From assembly GCA_045047305.1 (NCBI GenBank), contig JASFYO010000010.1, forward strand, positions 1 through 64,000: DNA of 64,000 nt, in the 5' to 3' direction. The DNA is from Planctomycetota bacterium. GTDB lineage: Bacteria; Planctomycetota; UBA1135. Shown piece after piece: positions 30,701 to 39,803 of the stretch. The notes under the pieces were generated by a model. That model searched no databases, had not been told where the DNA came from, and was given only the letters and a program-made list of their open reading frames with translations. The position numbers and the translations under genes are program-made. How positions within the stretch are numbered: the stretch's first letter is position 1; each line of letters begins with the position of its first letter.

Positions 30701-31604
30701 GTCGCATGTCTATACCGAAGGAATTTGGGGTGAAAAAGTGGAGGGCCTTTACCGCCATGCCATAGCCGGTTCTGATTTAGTGCTACGGAATTGGGCGTCG
30801 AATATGATGAGTCCACTATCGAATCATCATGTTTACGAATATGCCGGTGGACTTAGCCTTGCGCTAACCTCGGTGAATGGCACACAACCCGAATTGCTCA
30901 TTAACGACGTACGCGAAAACGCCAAGTTACGTGAATTTGATTCGGTCATGCGCGAAGAATTCCATGCCACCCTCCTGAATGCCAAATGGGTCAAAGGGAT
31001 GAAGGAAAACGGCTATGCTGGAGCCGGGCAAATGGCCGAATTGGTCAAGAACAGTTTTGGCTGGGAAACGGTACGTGATGGCTCGGTTGGGCAAGCCATG
31101 TGGGATGGCATCGACGAGGTCTACCTCCAAGATCGTTATCAACTTGACCTTGAAACCTGGTTTCAAGATCAAAATCCGCATGCCTTCCAAGAAATCGCTG
31201 CGACCATGCTTGAGGCCAACCGTAAAGAATATTGGGAGGCCAGCGAAGAACGTCTGCAGCAGATCGCAAAAGACTATGCACAATCCGTTGCTGATTATCG
31301 ATTGTCAGGAGGCATTGTCGATGGCGGGAATAAACACCTCCAAGAAGCCGTCCAAAGGTTTCTCAATGCTGCTGGCGAGTTAGAACTCCTTGATGCCTAT
31401 CAAGCTTCCATTCAAGAGAGTGAAGCCTCGAATGGCGAAAACCGTGTCAAGGGCATGCAGCTTGCAAAAGCGCCCACGGAAGAGCCCAAGGCCCAACCCG
31501 CCCAAACTTCTGGCGCAAGGGATTGGCTCTTCCCGCTCATCGCTGGAGCTGGAGCTATTGTGGTGTTCCTTGTAGGCTTCACCCGTAGATACCGTAAGAG
31601 TTAA
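27720..31604 (+). CDS. CobN/ChlH-family chelatase-like protein, exported and C-terminally anchored (HmuS/BtuS-like)
   Basis: HFGTHG, AKRR, LHILG, PGPGNDPLRNP..PTGRNLY, RPRVDV, WVKGMKENGYAGA; N-terminal signal peptide; C-terminal TM with basic tail. Confidence 0.9.
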   Translation: MRKMDFAGRVLGLFLPAFFFGLLASTLAAQEPDSPLTTSDESQHHAVFLGVWDRAQPLLDRVGPKAGFKVEFHNDHDLGQLNVESLAKADLILVLNLRPEEASALTQALRELRRARPQIPILALDQRDSQKGLESKSLLSRDATLQSYWRNGGSENYRRMFSYLGFAYLNDGQKPLPPAVIPESGIWHPAASDLFTTAESFLAWQKSRPNAPQGPHITLATQRSFVLLEDIKVHKAMVEELESRGLQVAVMFSADQKTFMDMLRQWKPQVLLDDGHASPMLLAGAKELDIPQMKVISMLRSTLEEWRASPLGLEPGDVGLHLISQEVYGIADPQIVGGIEAHLSGYRIHQPEKERIAHMVDRVLAWLALRSKSNQKKRIAVIYYHKSLGGGDLTRGSPSGAFLDGPESLYRFLLAMRDAGYKVDPMPKNAEELLQWMRQRGRNVGVWADGDKKKLVEEGDPILWPMASYRKWFQKLPAKTQEEVLTAHGSPPGVQMAWRENQKDYFIIPRIDLGGVVLLPQPARGPENDPKLLHARDIPPPHQYLATYAWLQNDAKVDALIHFGTHGSELLLPLRGSGLGPTDFGDRILGRLPNITPWILDNVAEATLAKRRAYAVLVDHQVPAYEASGLSPELLLLQGDLQKFGDMEDGMVRNRYRDSILETAAKNGLPVPDHAEDFTAESARELLEEVENIRERVAPMHLHILGQPAQRDRLIAMATTMLGTGFRQDYASREEAEDAVRHAIDSNEEFPAESWQGKAQIYQQRLSDTDDEILNVLHALDGSFVPPGPGNDPLRNPSAVPTGRNLYALNPEEIPTPTAWAIGVELGDKLLERGPLKKVAFDLNAFETMRDYGVMEAEILYLMGVRPIWDENGLAAEVEVIPHEELGRPRVDVFIAISGAMRDNFPSRVRLFDQAARMVAALDEPENEVRIATLKREQVLLGEGFAPIQAKRLSAARVFGQKPGEYGTRILYMVPKSGSWDSNEEIASVYMDTMSHVYTEGIWGEKVEGLYRHAIAGSDLVLRNWASNMMSPLSNHHVYEYAGGLSLALTSVNGTQPELLINDVRENAKLREFDSVMREEFHATLLNAKWVKGMKENGYAGAGQMAELVKNSFGWETVRDGSVGQAMWDGIDEVYLQDRYQLDLETWFQDQNPHAFQEIAATMLEANRKEYWEASEERLQQIAKDYAQSVADYRLSGGIVDGGNKHLQEAVQRFLNAAGELELLDAYQASIQESEASNGENRVKGMQLAKAPTEEPKAQPAQTSGARDWLFPLIAGAGAIVVFLVGFTRRYRKS

Positions 31605-32170
31605 TGCTGGAACTCCTCCCTCTGCTATCGCAAGCCCTCTTGTGGCCCGTCATCATCTTGCTTTTCCTCGGGATTGCAGCGACCTTAACCATGCTTGGTG
31701 GCTTATGCGGAGAATTTTTGCAACGCAGGAAATGGCGCCAAGCAAACGCCACATTAGTGCAGAATTTAATGGAGGACACACAGCGCCAAGTCCCCTTGGC
31801 GGAATTGGAACAGGCCCTCCGTTGGCGCAGAGTGCAAGCAACCTTTTCCTCTCCCAACCCAGACCTCGATAAAATCCTAGACGATTATCAACTACGGGTG
31901 CAAAAGGATTTATCGCGGCCTAATATGTTGGTACGCCTGGGCCCCATGCTTGGACTGGCTGGCACACTCATTCCACTGGGACCGGGTTTAACCGCACTAT
32001 CTAGCGGAGATGTAAACACTTTATCTAGCCAATTGGTCATCGCTTTCACCTCCACCGTTCTCGGGCTTTTTGTGGGCGGATTAAGCTATGTCATCCATTC
32101 GGTGCAACGCAACTGGTATGCACAAGACCTAGGCGATCTAGAATTCCTCTTCCAAAGGCGCGGAGCATGA
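31604..32170 (+). CDS. MotA/TolQ/ExbB proton-channel family protein
   Basis: RLGPMLGLAGTLIPLGPGL...AFTSTVLGL...WYAQDL. Confidence 0.9.
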   Translation: MLELLPLLSQALLWPVIILLFLGIAATLTMLGGLCGEFLQRRKWRQANATLVQNLMEDTQRQVPLAELEQALRWRRVQATFSSPNPDLDKILDDYQLRVQKDLSRPNMLVRLGPMLGLAGTLIPLGPGLTALSSGDVNTLSSQLVIAFTSTVLGLFVGGLSYVIHSVQRNWYAQDLGDLEFLFQRRGA

Positions 32171-32508
32171 GAAGCAAGCGCGAGTTAATCACCCAGGAGG
32201 AAGATCCGCTTACCGGATTTGCCAATCTATTCGATATTGGCATCGTGTTCTCCTTAGGTTTTATGGTGTCCCTCATTACCTATCTTGGATTGCCTGAATT
32301 ACTTGGCAACCAAGATATGGTTTTGGTCAAGAATCCAGGAACCGACAGCATGGAAATGATTATCAAGAAAGGCGAACACCTTGAGAAACTCCAACCTACC
32401 GGCAGCAGTCTGGCGGGAGACGGTGGACAGAAACTCGGCACGGCTTACCGCCTCCCCTCAGGAGAGGTGGTTTATGTTCCAGAAACGGCCGCGGACAGCG
32501 AAGGGTAA
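32167..32508 (+). CDS. DUF2149 family protein
   Basis: EEDPLTGFANLFD, VKNPG..MEMIIK.G, LGTAYRL..GEVVYVPE. Confidence 0.88.
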   Translation: MRSKRELITQEEDPLTGFANLFDIGIVFSLGFMVSLITYLGLPELLGNQDMVLVKNPGTDSMEMIIKKGEHLEKLQPTGSSLAGDGGQKLGTAYRLPSGEVVYVPETAADSEG

Positions 32509-32522
32509 AAAGTCTTGGAGAC

Positions 32523-35500
32523 CTAAGAGTTGGTCTCCATTTCCTTCTCGACCACGACCTCGCGATCAGCCGCAGCGCCTTGATCCAAACGAGCACGCGC
32601 TGGGTCCACGGCCTCGGCGTTGGAAAGATCAAGCTCTCCTTCACCTGCCACTTGATCGAGTTGCACGCTCACTACCATGGAGACGCCACGTTTACGCATG
32701 GTGACACCAAAGAGGCGTTCACAACGCGACATGGTGATGCGGTTGTGGGTCACGACCAAGAACTGCGTAGTCCCCGTGAAGTCGCCCAGCACGTCTACGA
32801 AGCGCTCTACGTTGGCATCGTCCAGGGCGGCATCGACTTCGTCTAAGAGACAGAATGGCGACGGGCGCGATTGGAAAACCGCAAGTAGCAGTGCAAGAGC
32901 GGTCAAGGTGCGTTCACCACCCGACAGAAGGTTGATCGAACGCAATTCCTTGCCAGGAGGGCGCACCGTGATTTCAATACCTGCATCGAGCGGATCGACA
33001 TCGGCCTCGAGTTGAATCGAAGCTTTACCGCCACGGAATAAGCGGCGGAAGATGTGCTCGAACTCCCCTTGCACCTTATTGAACGTCTCCACAAAGCGCT
33101 CCCGACACTTGATATCGAGTTCCTCGAGGGTGTCCTCTAAGTTGGTTTTAGCTCCAACGAGGTCATCACGCTCACGGATGAGAAAGGATTCACGCTCTTG
33201 ACGATCTTCTAATTCCTGAACGGCATCGAGATTCACCGATCCAATGCTCTCGATTTTCTTCTTCAGCTGATGCAATTCCTGGCGCCAAGCATAGGCATCG
33301 GCATCTTCTGGAAGTGGAATGGAAGAATCAATCTCTAGGCTGCGTGCCAGGTCTTCGAGCGGCTGCCCAAACTCCTCCACCACACCACGAATCAGCTCAT
33401 CCAACTGCATTTGCACCTTTTGCACATCCAAGGCCAGTGCTTGACGCTGCTCAAGCAAGCGCTCCATGTGTCCACTTCCATCTGCGTTGCGCGCTCTTGC
33501 ACCATGCAAAACTTCCGTAGCACGTTGCAATTGCGTTGCAGCATCATCCACACGCTCTGCGATTTCTGCGCGACGCTCTAACAAAGTGGAACGTTCGACA
33601 CGCGCCTTCTCCGCTTCTTCGCGCAAGGCCACACAACCCTTTTCCAAGTCGGTGATTTCTGATTTAAGGCTACCGTGCTCGCGGGTTTGCTTCTCGGTGC
33701 GAGTCAAAAGTTCTGCATGACGCTGGCGCCAATGCTTAAACTCGGTTTCCAAACCAGAATGCCCAACTCGAGCTTCTTGTTGGGATTGCGATGCGCTTTC
33801 AAAGGCTGCGTCCTTTTCATCTGCAACACTCTGTAGCTCTTCCAATTCTTCATTGCAACGCACCCGATTTGCCTCCACGGCATCGCGGCGTTCTGCGGCC
33901 TCCTCCTCTGCCTTGGTGGTAGTTTCGACGACCTCCGCCAACTGTTTGGCTTCCTGGTCCATTGCTGCCAGCTCTTCGGCCAAGCCTTTCGCACGACGTT
34001 CTACTCCTTGGAAGCGTGCGCGGCAATCCTCACGCACTGCGACTGCTTTGCGCAAAACCACATCCGCTTCCCGTGCTGCAATCTCTGCGCTCACAAGTGA
34101 CTTTGCTACTGCTTCTTCAAGGGCAAAAGCACCATCAAACTCGATTTGAGCTTCTTTCAAAGTGCTTGCGGCCAAGTCGCGCTCATTCCGACGTGCAAGA
34201 CGACCAGTGGAGTCCTCGGCGAGCACTCCGCAACGTAGGTAGCCTCGGCCCTGAATGGCGCCGTTCGCACTGAGGAATAGTGCTTGTGGATGCTTCGCTG
34301 CAAGAGCTTCGGCATCGGCGCTTTCGTCGACACAGTAAACCGCACCCAAGCGGGCGCACAAGGCATCGCATGCGGCTTCATTGCCGGTCAATAAAGAACG
34401 TAAGGAACGGGTTCCACCGATCTCTATTGGGGTTTCCGCTTGCCCTTGCAACGGGAAGAAAAAGTCATACATGCCATCGGCCAAATTCTTGGCAGCACTG
34501 CGGTCGTCTAACCAAATCGCATGCTGTAAACGGCCAAGCAAGTTTTCCAATAAACGGTCCCATGGTTGCTCAATCTGAACATCCTCCAGAATCCAACTTC
34601 CGACGCCTTCGTGTTTCGCCTCTAAGAATTTGCGCAGATAGTCGGGGACTCCTGGCATTTCTTCGTCGATGGCTTGGAAGGCTTCCAGACGTGCGGAAGC
34701 TGAGGCGCGGCGTTGGCGTGCTTCATGTGCAACTTTGGCATAGCCGCTGCGCTCATCCTTGAGCCGCGAGACTTCCTCTGCGGTAGTACTGCCTGCTTCT
34801 TGCGCCTTCTTGGCTGCGGTTTCAAGACCATTCAAAGTCAGGCCGAGTTCGCCAAACTCCTTTTCGGAAGAAGCGCTCTCTGCAGAAATCTCCACCCGAC
34901 GACGCTTTAACGCCGACTGACCGCCTTCGGCCTCACTACGCCGTTTCGCGGCATTTGCAACTTGGTTATTCCATCGCGTGCGCTCTTGCAAGGCATCTAG
35001 TACCGTGCGACGCAACCCCTCCATTCGATCCCGCTGAGTGCGACGTGCCTCACGAGCTTCTGCGAAAGCGGCTTCGGCTTCTTTCAAAACCGCTGCGGTC
35101 TTCTCCAGACCTTCAGTGAGACGGGTCTGCTCTTGCAATAGGCCTGAGGCTGCATCGGCATCCTCTTGTTTCTCACTGGTAAGCGAAGTCAAACGCAGGC
35201 GGTCACGCTGGATCCGTGTTTCGCCTTCACTGGCACGTGTTTCTAAACCGTGCACCCGCTCTTCTAAACCGGCGGCCTTCTCTTTAATCTCACCTGCCTC
35301 GGAGCGCAATGCGTCATGACGCTCACGCAAGGTTGACTCTTCCTTTTCCAACTCCGCTAACTTCGCCTGGACTTGGTCGCGCTCAACACGCAATCCTTCA
35401 ACCTGGTTTTCCAGCTCCGCTTCTTTCGCACGCAGCTCTTGGTCTTGTTGCGACCAAGCCGCGTTATCGCTCAAGGCGAAACGCACGCGCAGTTCACGAT

Positions 35501-36164
35501 GGCGGTCGCGCATCTCGACAAAGCGTTTGGCTTTACCAGCCTGCAAACGCAAAGAACGCACAGCCCGAGAAACTTCCTCGAGTACGTCTTCGACGCGCGA
35601 CAAATCTTGATCGACCCGCTTAAGCTTCAATTTCGCTTCATGCTTGCGTGCCTTGTAGCGCGAAATACCAGCTGCTTCTTCAAACACGCTGCGGCGTTCA
35701 TCTGGGTTCGCAGCAAGTACGGCGTCGATTTTGCCTTGCGCCAACACCATGTAGCCTTGCACGCCAAGGCCGGTATCTAAAAGCACTTCGCGCACATCCT
35801 TGCGCCGCACTTTGCGGCCGTGAAGCAGATACTCTGCATCGCCTCCTGCAAACAAGCGGCGCCCAACCGCAAGTTCTCCACCAGGTTCCACAATTTTGCC
35901 TTCTGGATCTCCCAGAATGACCTCCACCATTGCGTATGGTGCCGCTGCTCGACCTTCAGCACCTTTGAAGATGACGTCGTCCATAGCATCGGCGCGCAAT
36001 GCTTTGGCAGAGCGCTCTCCCATGACCCAAAGCAGGGCATCTACCACATTGGACTTGCCGCAACCATTGGGGCCGACAATACCAGTTAAACCACGCTCAA
36101 CAGGGATGACGGTGCGGTCGGCGAAGGACTTAAAGCCTTCCAGTTCGATTCGTTTCAGGTACAT
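32523..36164 (-). CDS. smc: Chromosome segregation protein SMC
   Basis: GFKSFAD, GPNGCGKSN, long coiled coils with central hinge, LSGGE, LDEVDAALD. Confidence 0.96.
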   Translation of the reverse strand: MYLKRIELEGFKSFADRTVIPVERGLTGIVGPNGCGKSNVVDALLWVMGERSAKALRADAMDDVIFKGAEGRAAAPYAMVEVILGDPEGKIVEPGGELAVGRRLFAGGDAEYLLHGRKVRRKDVREVLLDTGLGVQGYMVLAQGKIDAVLAANPDERRSVFEEAAGISRYKARKHEAKLKLKRVDQDLSRVEDVLEEVSRAVRSLRLQAGKAKRFVEMRDRHRELRVRFALSDNAAWSQQDQELRAKEAELENQVEGLRVERDQVQAKLAELEKEESTLRERHDALRSEAGEIKEKAAGLEERVHGLETRASEGETRIQRDRLRLTSLTSEKQEDADAASGLLQEQTRLTEGLEKTAAVLKEAEAAFAEAREARRTQRDRMEGLRRTVLDALQERTRWNNQVANAAKRRSEAEGGQSALKRRRVEISAESASSEKEFGELGLTLNGLETAAKKAQEAGSTTAEEVSRLKDERSGYAKVAHEARQRRASASARLEAFQAIDEEMPGVPDYLRKFLEAKHEGVGSWILEDVQIEQPWDRLLENLLGRLQHAIWLDDRSAAKNLADGMYDFFFPLQGQAETPIEIGGTRSLRSLLTGNEAACDALCARLGAVYCVDESADAEALAAKHPQALFLSANGAIQGRGYLRCGVLAEDSTGRLARRNERDLAASTLKEAQIEFDGAFALEEAVAKSLVSAEIAAREADVVLRKAVAVREDCRARFQGVERRAKGLAEELAAMDQEAKQLAEVVETTTKAEEEAAERRDAVEANRVRCNEELEELQSVADEKDAAFESASQSQQEARVGHSGLETEFKHWRQRHAELLTRTEKQTREHGSLKSEITDLEKGCVALREEAEKARVERSTLLERRAEIAERVDDAATQLQRATEVLHGARARNADGSGHMERLLEQRQALALDVQKVQMQLDELIRGVVEEFGQPLEDLARSLEIDSSIPLPEDADAYAWRQELHQLKKKIESIGSVNLDAVQELEDRQERESFLIRERDDLVGAKTNLEDTLEELDIKCRERFVETFNKVQGEFEHIFRRLFRGGKASIQLEADVDPLDAGIEITVRPPGKELRSINLLSGGERTLTALALLLAVFQSRPSPFCLLDEVDAALDDANVERFVDVLGDFTGTTQFLVVTHNRITMSRCERLFGVTMRKRGVSMVVSVQLDQVAGEGELDLSNAEAVDPARARLDQGAAADREVVVEKEMETNS

Positions 36165-36170
36165 GAAAAA

Positions 36171-37868
36171 TTAGGATTCACGCGCAGCAGATGGGCGCCG
36201 GTCTGGAGGGTTCGAGAGACGGACGATGAGATGACTCTCGAGTAAAGCAGCGGCCGGAAGTTCCAGCCATGGGGCGGTGTCTAGAGCCATGGACAACATG
36301 TCATCCGACGATGCCCCGGGCATCCAGCCACAAGTATGTTCTTTAGGTCCAAAAATCCCACTGCGCTCTGCCAGACGGAATCCGGCTGCACGAGCATGCG
36401 GAGGACAGGTATATTCCAAACGCAAGCCAGCCTTTTTGGTGGCGCGTTCAAAGCGGTCACGCAATGCCAAAATAAGACGTCTGGAACGGACACTGCGTAA
36501 GGCAGAATCTGGAAAAAGGATGTCGAGTGCTTTGGGCAAGCCAGAGGGAGTCAGATGAACTCGTGGATGTTCGCCTGCTTTGGCACGATCACAAATTGCA
36601 GCGAGGGTGCCACAAGTCAAATCCAAAGATTCTTGAGTCTGCGCCAAAAAGTCATCCACCTGCAAAGGCCCAGCCTCCACGGCGGCTTGGATGAGGTCTA
36701 TCGCAGCACCCTGATTCAAGCGACGCTCACTCAACTCTGCAGCCAAAGGATAACGGGTTGGTGGTTGCCACTGCACCGAAGTTTTCCCTAGCGCCACCAG
36801 TGCGAGAGCCGTTTTGCGCTCAGCATGCAATAACGGATGCGCCGGAATACGATGCCAAACCCCAGCCTCTGCCCATTTCTGCGCCAGCTCTAGGGAGGAT
36901 GTGGCGAAACGTAAATGCATCCCGGGGCCAGTAAGCCATTGCGGCGCATTCACCGACAAACTTCCATGCGCACGGGAAGCTGGCCAAAACACCTGTACCT
37001 CATGCGCGCGCAAACGGGCTTCTGCCACTCGTTTCCAGAAGGCGGTTTCGGATTCTTCCGGCTCTGGATGCAACCATAACCGCAATGGACGCATCCAATC
37101 TCCTAGAGCAAGCAGGTCGAAACGTCCTGCGCGCCAAGCTTCAAGCTGCGCTGCGGAAAGGACTTCCTCCAAGGCAAACCGAGCCAACAATTCACTGCCT
37201 AGCAGTGGACGCGCATCTTGGCCCTGCGGACCTAAACTCGGCAAACCGGGAGCGCCAACTTCAGAAGGCATACATTCACCCCCGAGCCACGCACGCAACT
37301 GGCGACGTTCAATCCCCAGGCTTTCTGCATGCATCGGGCCACCGCGCAGCCCCATGGTGCGGCATTCATTTTCGGTTAACGCACTGACCAACCGCCCAGT
37401 TAAATGTTTGCTACCAATCGCTACGAGGCGACGTTCAACGCGCCTGGCAACGCTGCGTGCAACACTGCTCTCCAAATACAGATCACGCATAAGGGAGCGT
37501 GCGACACGCGCGCGATCCCAGAGGTTCGAGACGGCATCCTTGCCTGAAGGCGTAAACACCCGCAAACCAGCCTTAATCTCTGATTCTTCCATGCGGTACC
37601 AGGCATAGGCATCGGCCGCCTGAGTACATTCGTAAAGCCGCAGGACAGCAACCACCTCTTCAGCCAGACGTTCGCTTTCAATGCGACCCATTGGGTTCGA
37701 TGCGCGTACCCAAACAGTTTCTACAAACTGCTCGGCAAGCAAGGAGTGATCTCCTCCAGCAGCAAGCGCGTTTGCAATCGATTCGCTTAAGCGGTGACGG
37801 TCGAAACTTTGTTCGCTGCCATCACGTTTCACGACACGGCGGATATCAGCGTTTTTGGCCACTTCCAC
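36171..37868 (-). CDS. Tandem ATP-cone protein with degenerate NrdD-like body
   Basis: [18 protein letters not shown] (cone 1), [10 protein letters not shown] (cone 2), [10 protein letters not shown]...[13 protein letters not shown] resembling the NrdD N-terminal region; no glycyl-radical motif. Confidence 0.62.
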   Translation of the reverse strand: MEVAKNADIRRVVKRDGSEQSFDRHRLSESIANALAAGGDHSLLAEQFVETVWVRASNPMGRIESERLAEEVVAVLRLYECTQAADAYAWYRMEESEIKAGLRVFTPSGKDAVSNLWDRARVARSLMRDLYLESSVARSVARRVERRLVAIGSKHLTGRLVSALTENECRTMGLRGGPMHAESLGIERRQLRAWLGGECMPSEVGAPGLPSLGPQGQDARPLLGSELLARFALEEVLSAAQLEAWRAGRFDLLALGDWMRPLRLWLHPEPEESETAFWKRVAEARLRAHEVQVFWPASRAHGSLSVNAPQWLTGPGMHLRFATSSLELAQKWAEAGVWHRIPAHPLLHAERKTALALVALGKTSVQWQPPTRYPLAAELSERRLNQGAAIDLIQAAVEAGPLQVDDFLAQTQESLDLTCGTLAAICDRAKAGEHPRVHLTPSGLPKALDILFPDSALRSVRSRRLILALRDRFERATKKAGLRLEYTCPPHARAAGFRLAERSGIFGPKEHTCGWMPGASSDDMLSMALDTAPWLELPAAALLESHLIVRLSNPPDRRPSAARES

Positions 37869-38316
37869 CTTCGAGGAATGGTTTTAGTTCCGTGACAAAC
37901 TGTTCAACGTCTTTAAATTCCCGATAGACCGAGGCAAAACGAACATAGGCCACTTGGTCGAGCTTTTTCAACTCTTCCATGACTAGTTGCCCGATGTATT
38001 TGCTGCCGACTTCGCGGTCGAACATCTCGGTCAGGCGGCGTTCAATTCCAGCAGTAATCTTCTCCAACTCCTCCATCGATACTGGACGCTTCTCACACGC
38101 CTTCAGGATCCCTTTCAGAATCTGGCCACGATCAAATGGAACGCGCGAGCCATCCTTCTTCACCACGCGCAACGGAGTTTCCTCCATCCGCTCGTAGGTT
38201 GTGAAGCGGCGACTGCAATCCATGCATTCCCGGCGACGGCGAATGGAGAACCCATCAGCGGCGGAACGCGAGTCAATGACTCGGTCATGATCTGCTTGGC
38301 AATAAGGACAGCGCAT
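37846..38316 (-). CDS. nrdR: Transcriptional repressor NrdR
   Basis: MRCPYC, RRRREC..C..RFTTYE, ATP-cone, [13 protein letters not shown]. Confidence 0.97.
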   Translation of the reverse strand: MRCPYCQADHDRVIDSRSAADGFSIRRRRECMDCSRRFTTYERMEETPLRVVKKDGSRVPFDRGQILKGILKACEKRPVSMEELEKITAGIERRLTEMFDREVGSKYIGQLVMEELKKLDQVAYVRFASVYREFKDVEQFVTELKPFLEGGSGQKR

Positions 38317-38358
38317 CGGACAACCCGTGGTAGAGCTCGGGTTACAGAACCCTTTTTA

Positions 38359-38374
38359 CCACAACACCTAGTGG
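38359..38374. promoter_or_regulatory. Putative NrdR box
   Basis: CCACAACACCTAGTGG resembles the consensus acaCwAtATaTwGtg; 42 nt upstream of nrdR. Confidence 0.6.
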
Positions 38375-38420
38375 TGTTCTAGGCATAGAGGGGCTTGAGA
38401 CCCTTTTATTTTACAACTTC

Positions 38421-39803
38421 CTATTTTCCTATGCAAAAATCAGCGAACAAGCGGTCCAGGACGTCCTCAGGGGTAGCCTCGCCCACCAATTCTGCGAGAC
38501 TGGCCAGAGCGCTGCGGATGTCCTCGGCCACTAGGTCCTGATGACCGCCACCCGCATCCCATTCTTGCCCCTGCTGGATGCTTAAAATGGCCTCACGAAG
38601 CGCCTGTTGATGCCTGGCGGAATGTCGCGCGGCCTGTAAATGAGCATCTTCCGATTGCTGAAATGCCTCAAAGGTGACGGACTCGAGCCGCTCCACGCCA
38701 TCGCCAGTTTTGGAGCTTATTTCCACTTCGGGCACTTCACCAAGCAAGCCTTGAAGCTTTTGCTTTAACTCCATCGAAGCCGATCCAAGCGCGCGGTCCG
38801 CTTGAGACCACAGGATTACGACTGGAGCTTCAGGAAGTGCCACAGGTAAAGTCGAAGGCTCCTCATTGTTTGGAAGACAAAACCACACAAGATCCAGAGC
38901 AGCATCTTCTTGCTGCGCCAACTTACGTGCGGAGGCGTCATGCACATCCACCGCCTCGCCGCCAAAACCAGGAAAGTCGACCAGGGTGATAGGAATTTCG
39001 AGTTGTGGAATTCGCCAGTTGGCTTCCCGTCGGTCTCGGGTGGTACCGGCCTGCTGACTAATCAAACTTGGCTTACCACTGAGTGTTTGGAACAAACTGC
39101 TCTTGCCCGCATTGGGTGGCCCAAACAAACCAACGCGAAATTGTCCACCATGGCGCAATTGCCGATTCTCCTCTGCAGCAAGCCCTTGGCGTAAAACATC
39201 CAGCGCTTGGACTAGGAAATGCCCGACTTCCCCTGGCTCCAAATCTTGGCTGTCGCCTTCTTCAAAATCCAGGCCGGCTTCCAACTCGACTAAGGCGGAA
39301 AGCAAAACATCGCGGCATTCCGTGAGCGGTGCGGCAAGGCTCCCACCAAGTAAACGTGCTGCAGATAGTGCGCCACCCTGGGAACGAGATTGGACTAACT
39401 CGAGCACCGCTTCGGCTTGGGTCAAATCAAGGCGCCCACGCAGGAAAGCACGTCGGGTGAACTCACCAGGTTCCGCTAAGCGGGCACCGCGGGCTTGGAG
39501 CTGCTCCATCAAAGCATCGAGGATAGGCATGGAGCCAGGCAGATGAATTTCTATGACATCCTCCCCCGTGGCCGATGCCGGCCCCTCGAAACAAAGAATC
39601 TGCAAGTCGACGGAAACACCGGGTAGCACTTCACACGGAGAAAAAAACACTCCACGCTTTCCAGAGAGCACATTTACATCCGCCGGCAAATAGTGGTTTG
39701 CCTGCTCAAGAAGGCCAATGCCGCTTAAGCGAAGGACTGCCCTCGGCGCCGGACCACGTGGAGTAGCCGGCGCAACAATGACATCTAGCTCAGGATTTAG
39801 CAC
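38421..39803 (-). CDS. mnmE: tRNA modification GTPase MnmE
   Basis: SATGEDVIE, AEPGEFTRRAF, DLTQAEAV, GPPNAGKSS, GTTRD, C-terminal FCIGK. Confidence 0.93.
   Translation of the reverse strand: MLNPELDVIVAPATPRGPAPRAVLRLSGIGLLEQANHYLPADVNVLSGKRGVFFSPCEVLPGVSVDLQILCFEGPASATGEDVIEIHLPGSMPILDALMEQLQARGARLAEPGEFTRRAFLRGRLDLTQAEAVLELVQSRSQGGALSAARLLGGSLAAPLTECRDVLLSALVELEAGLDFEEGDSQDLEPGEVGHFLVQALDVLRQGLAAEENRQLRHGGQFRVGLFGPPNAGKSSLFQTLSGKPSLISQQAGTTRDRREANWRIPQLEIPITLVDFPGFGGEAVDVHDASARKLAQQEDAALDLVWFCLPNNEEPSTLPVALPEAPVVILWSQADRALGSASMELKQKLQGLLGEVPEVEISSKTGDGVERLESVTFEAFQQSEDAHLQAARHSARHQQALREAILSIQQGQEWDAGGGHQDLVAEDIRSALASLAELVGEATPEDVLDRLFADFCIGK

Noticed and set aside
27720..31604. Annotation as canonical cobalamin-biosynthesis cobN
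   Set aside because: Signal peptide, C-terminal anchor and ExbB/DUF2149 context, with no cob genes nearby.
36171..37868. Functional anaerobic ribonucleotide reductase nrdD
   Set aside because: Lacks the glycyl-radical loop and zinc site; no nrdG in the window.
38411..38426. Second NrdR box
   Set aside because: Only the left half (ACAAC) matches, and it overlaps the mnmE stop.
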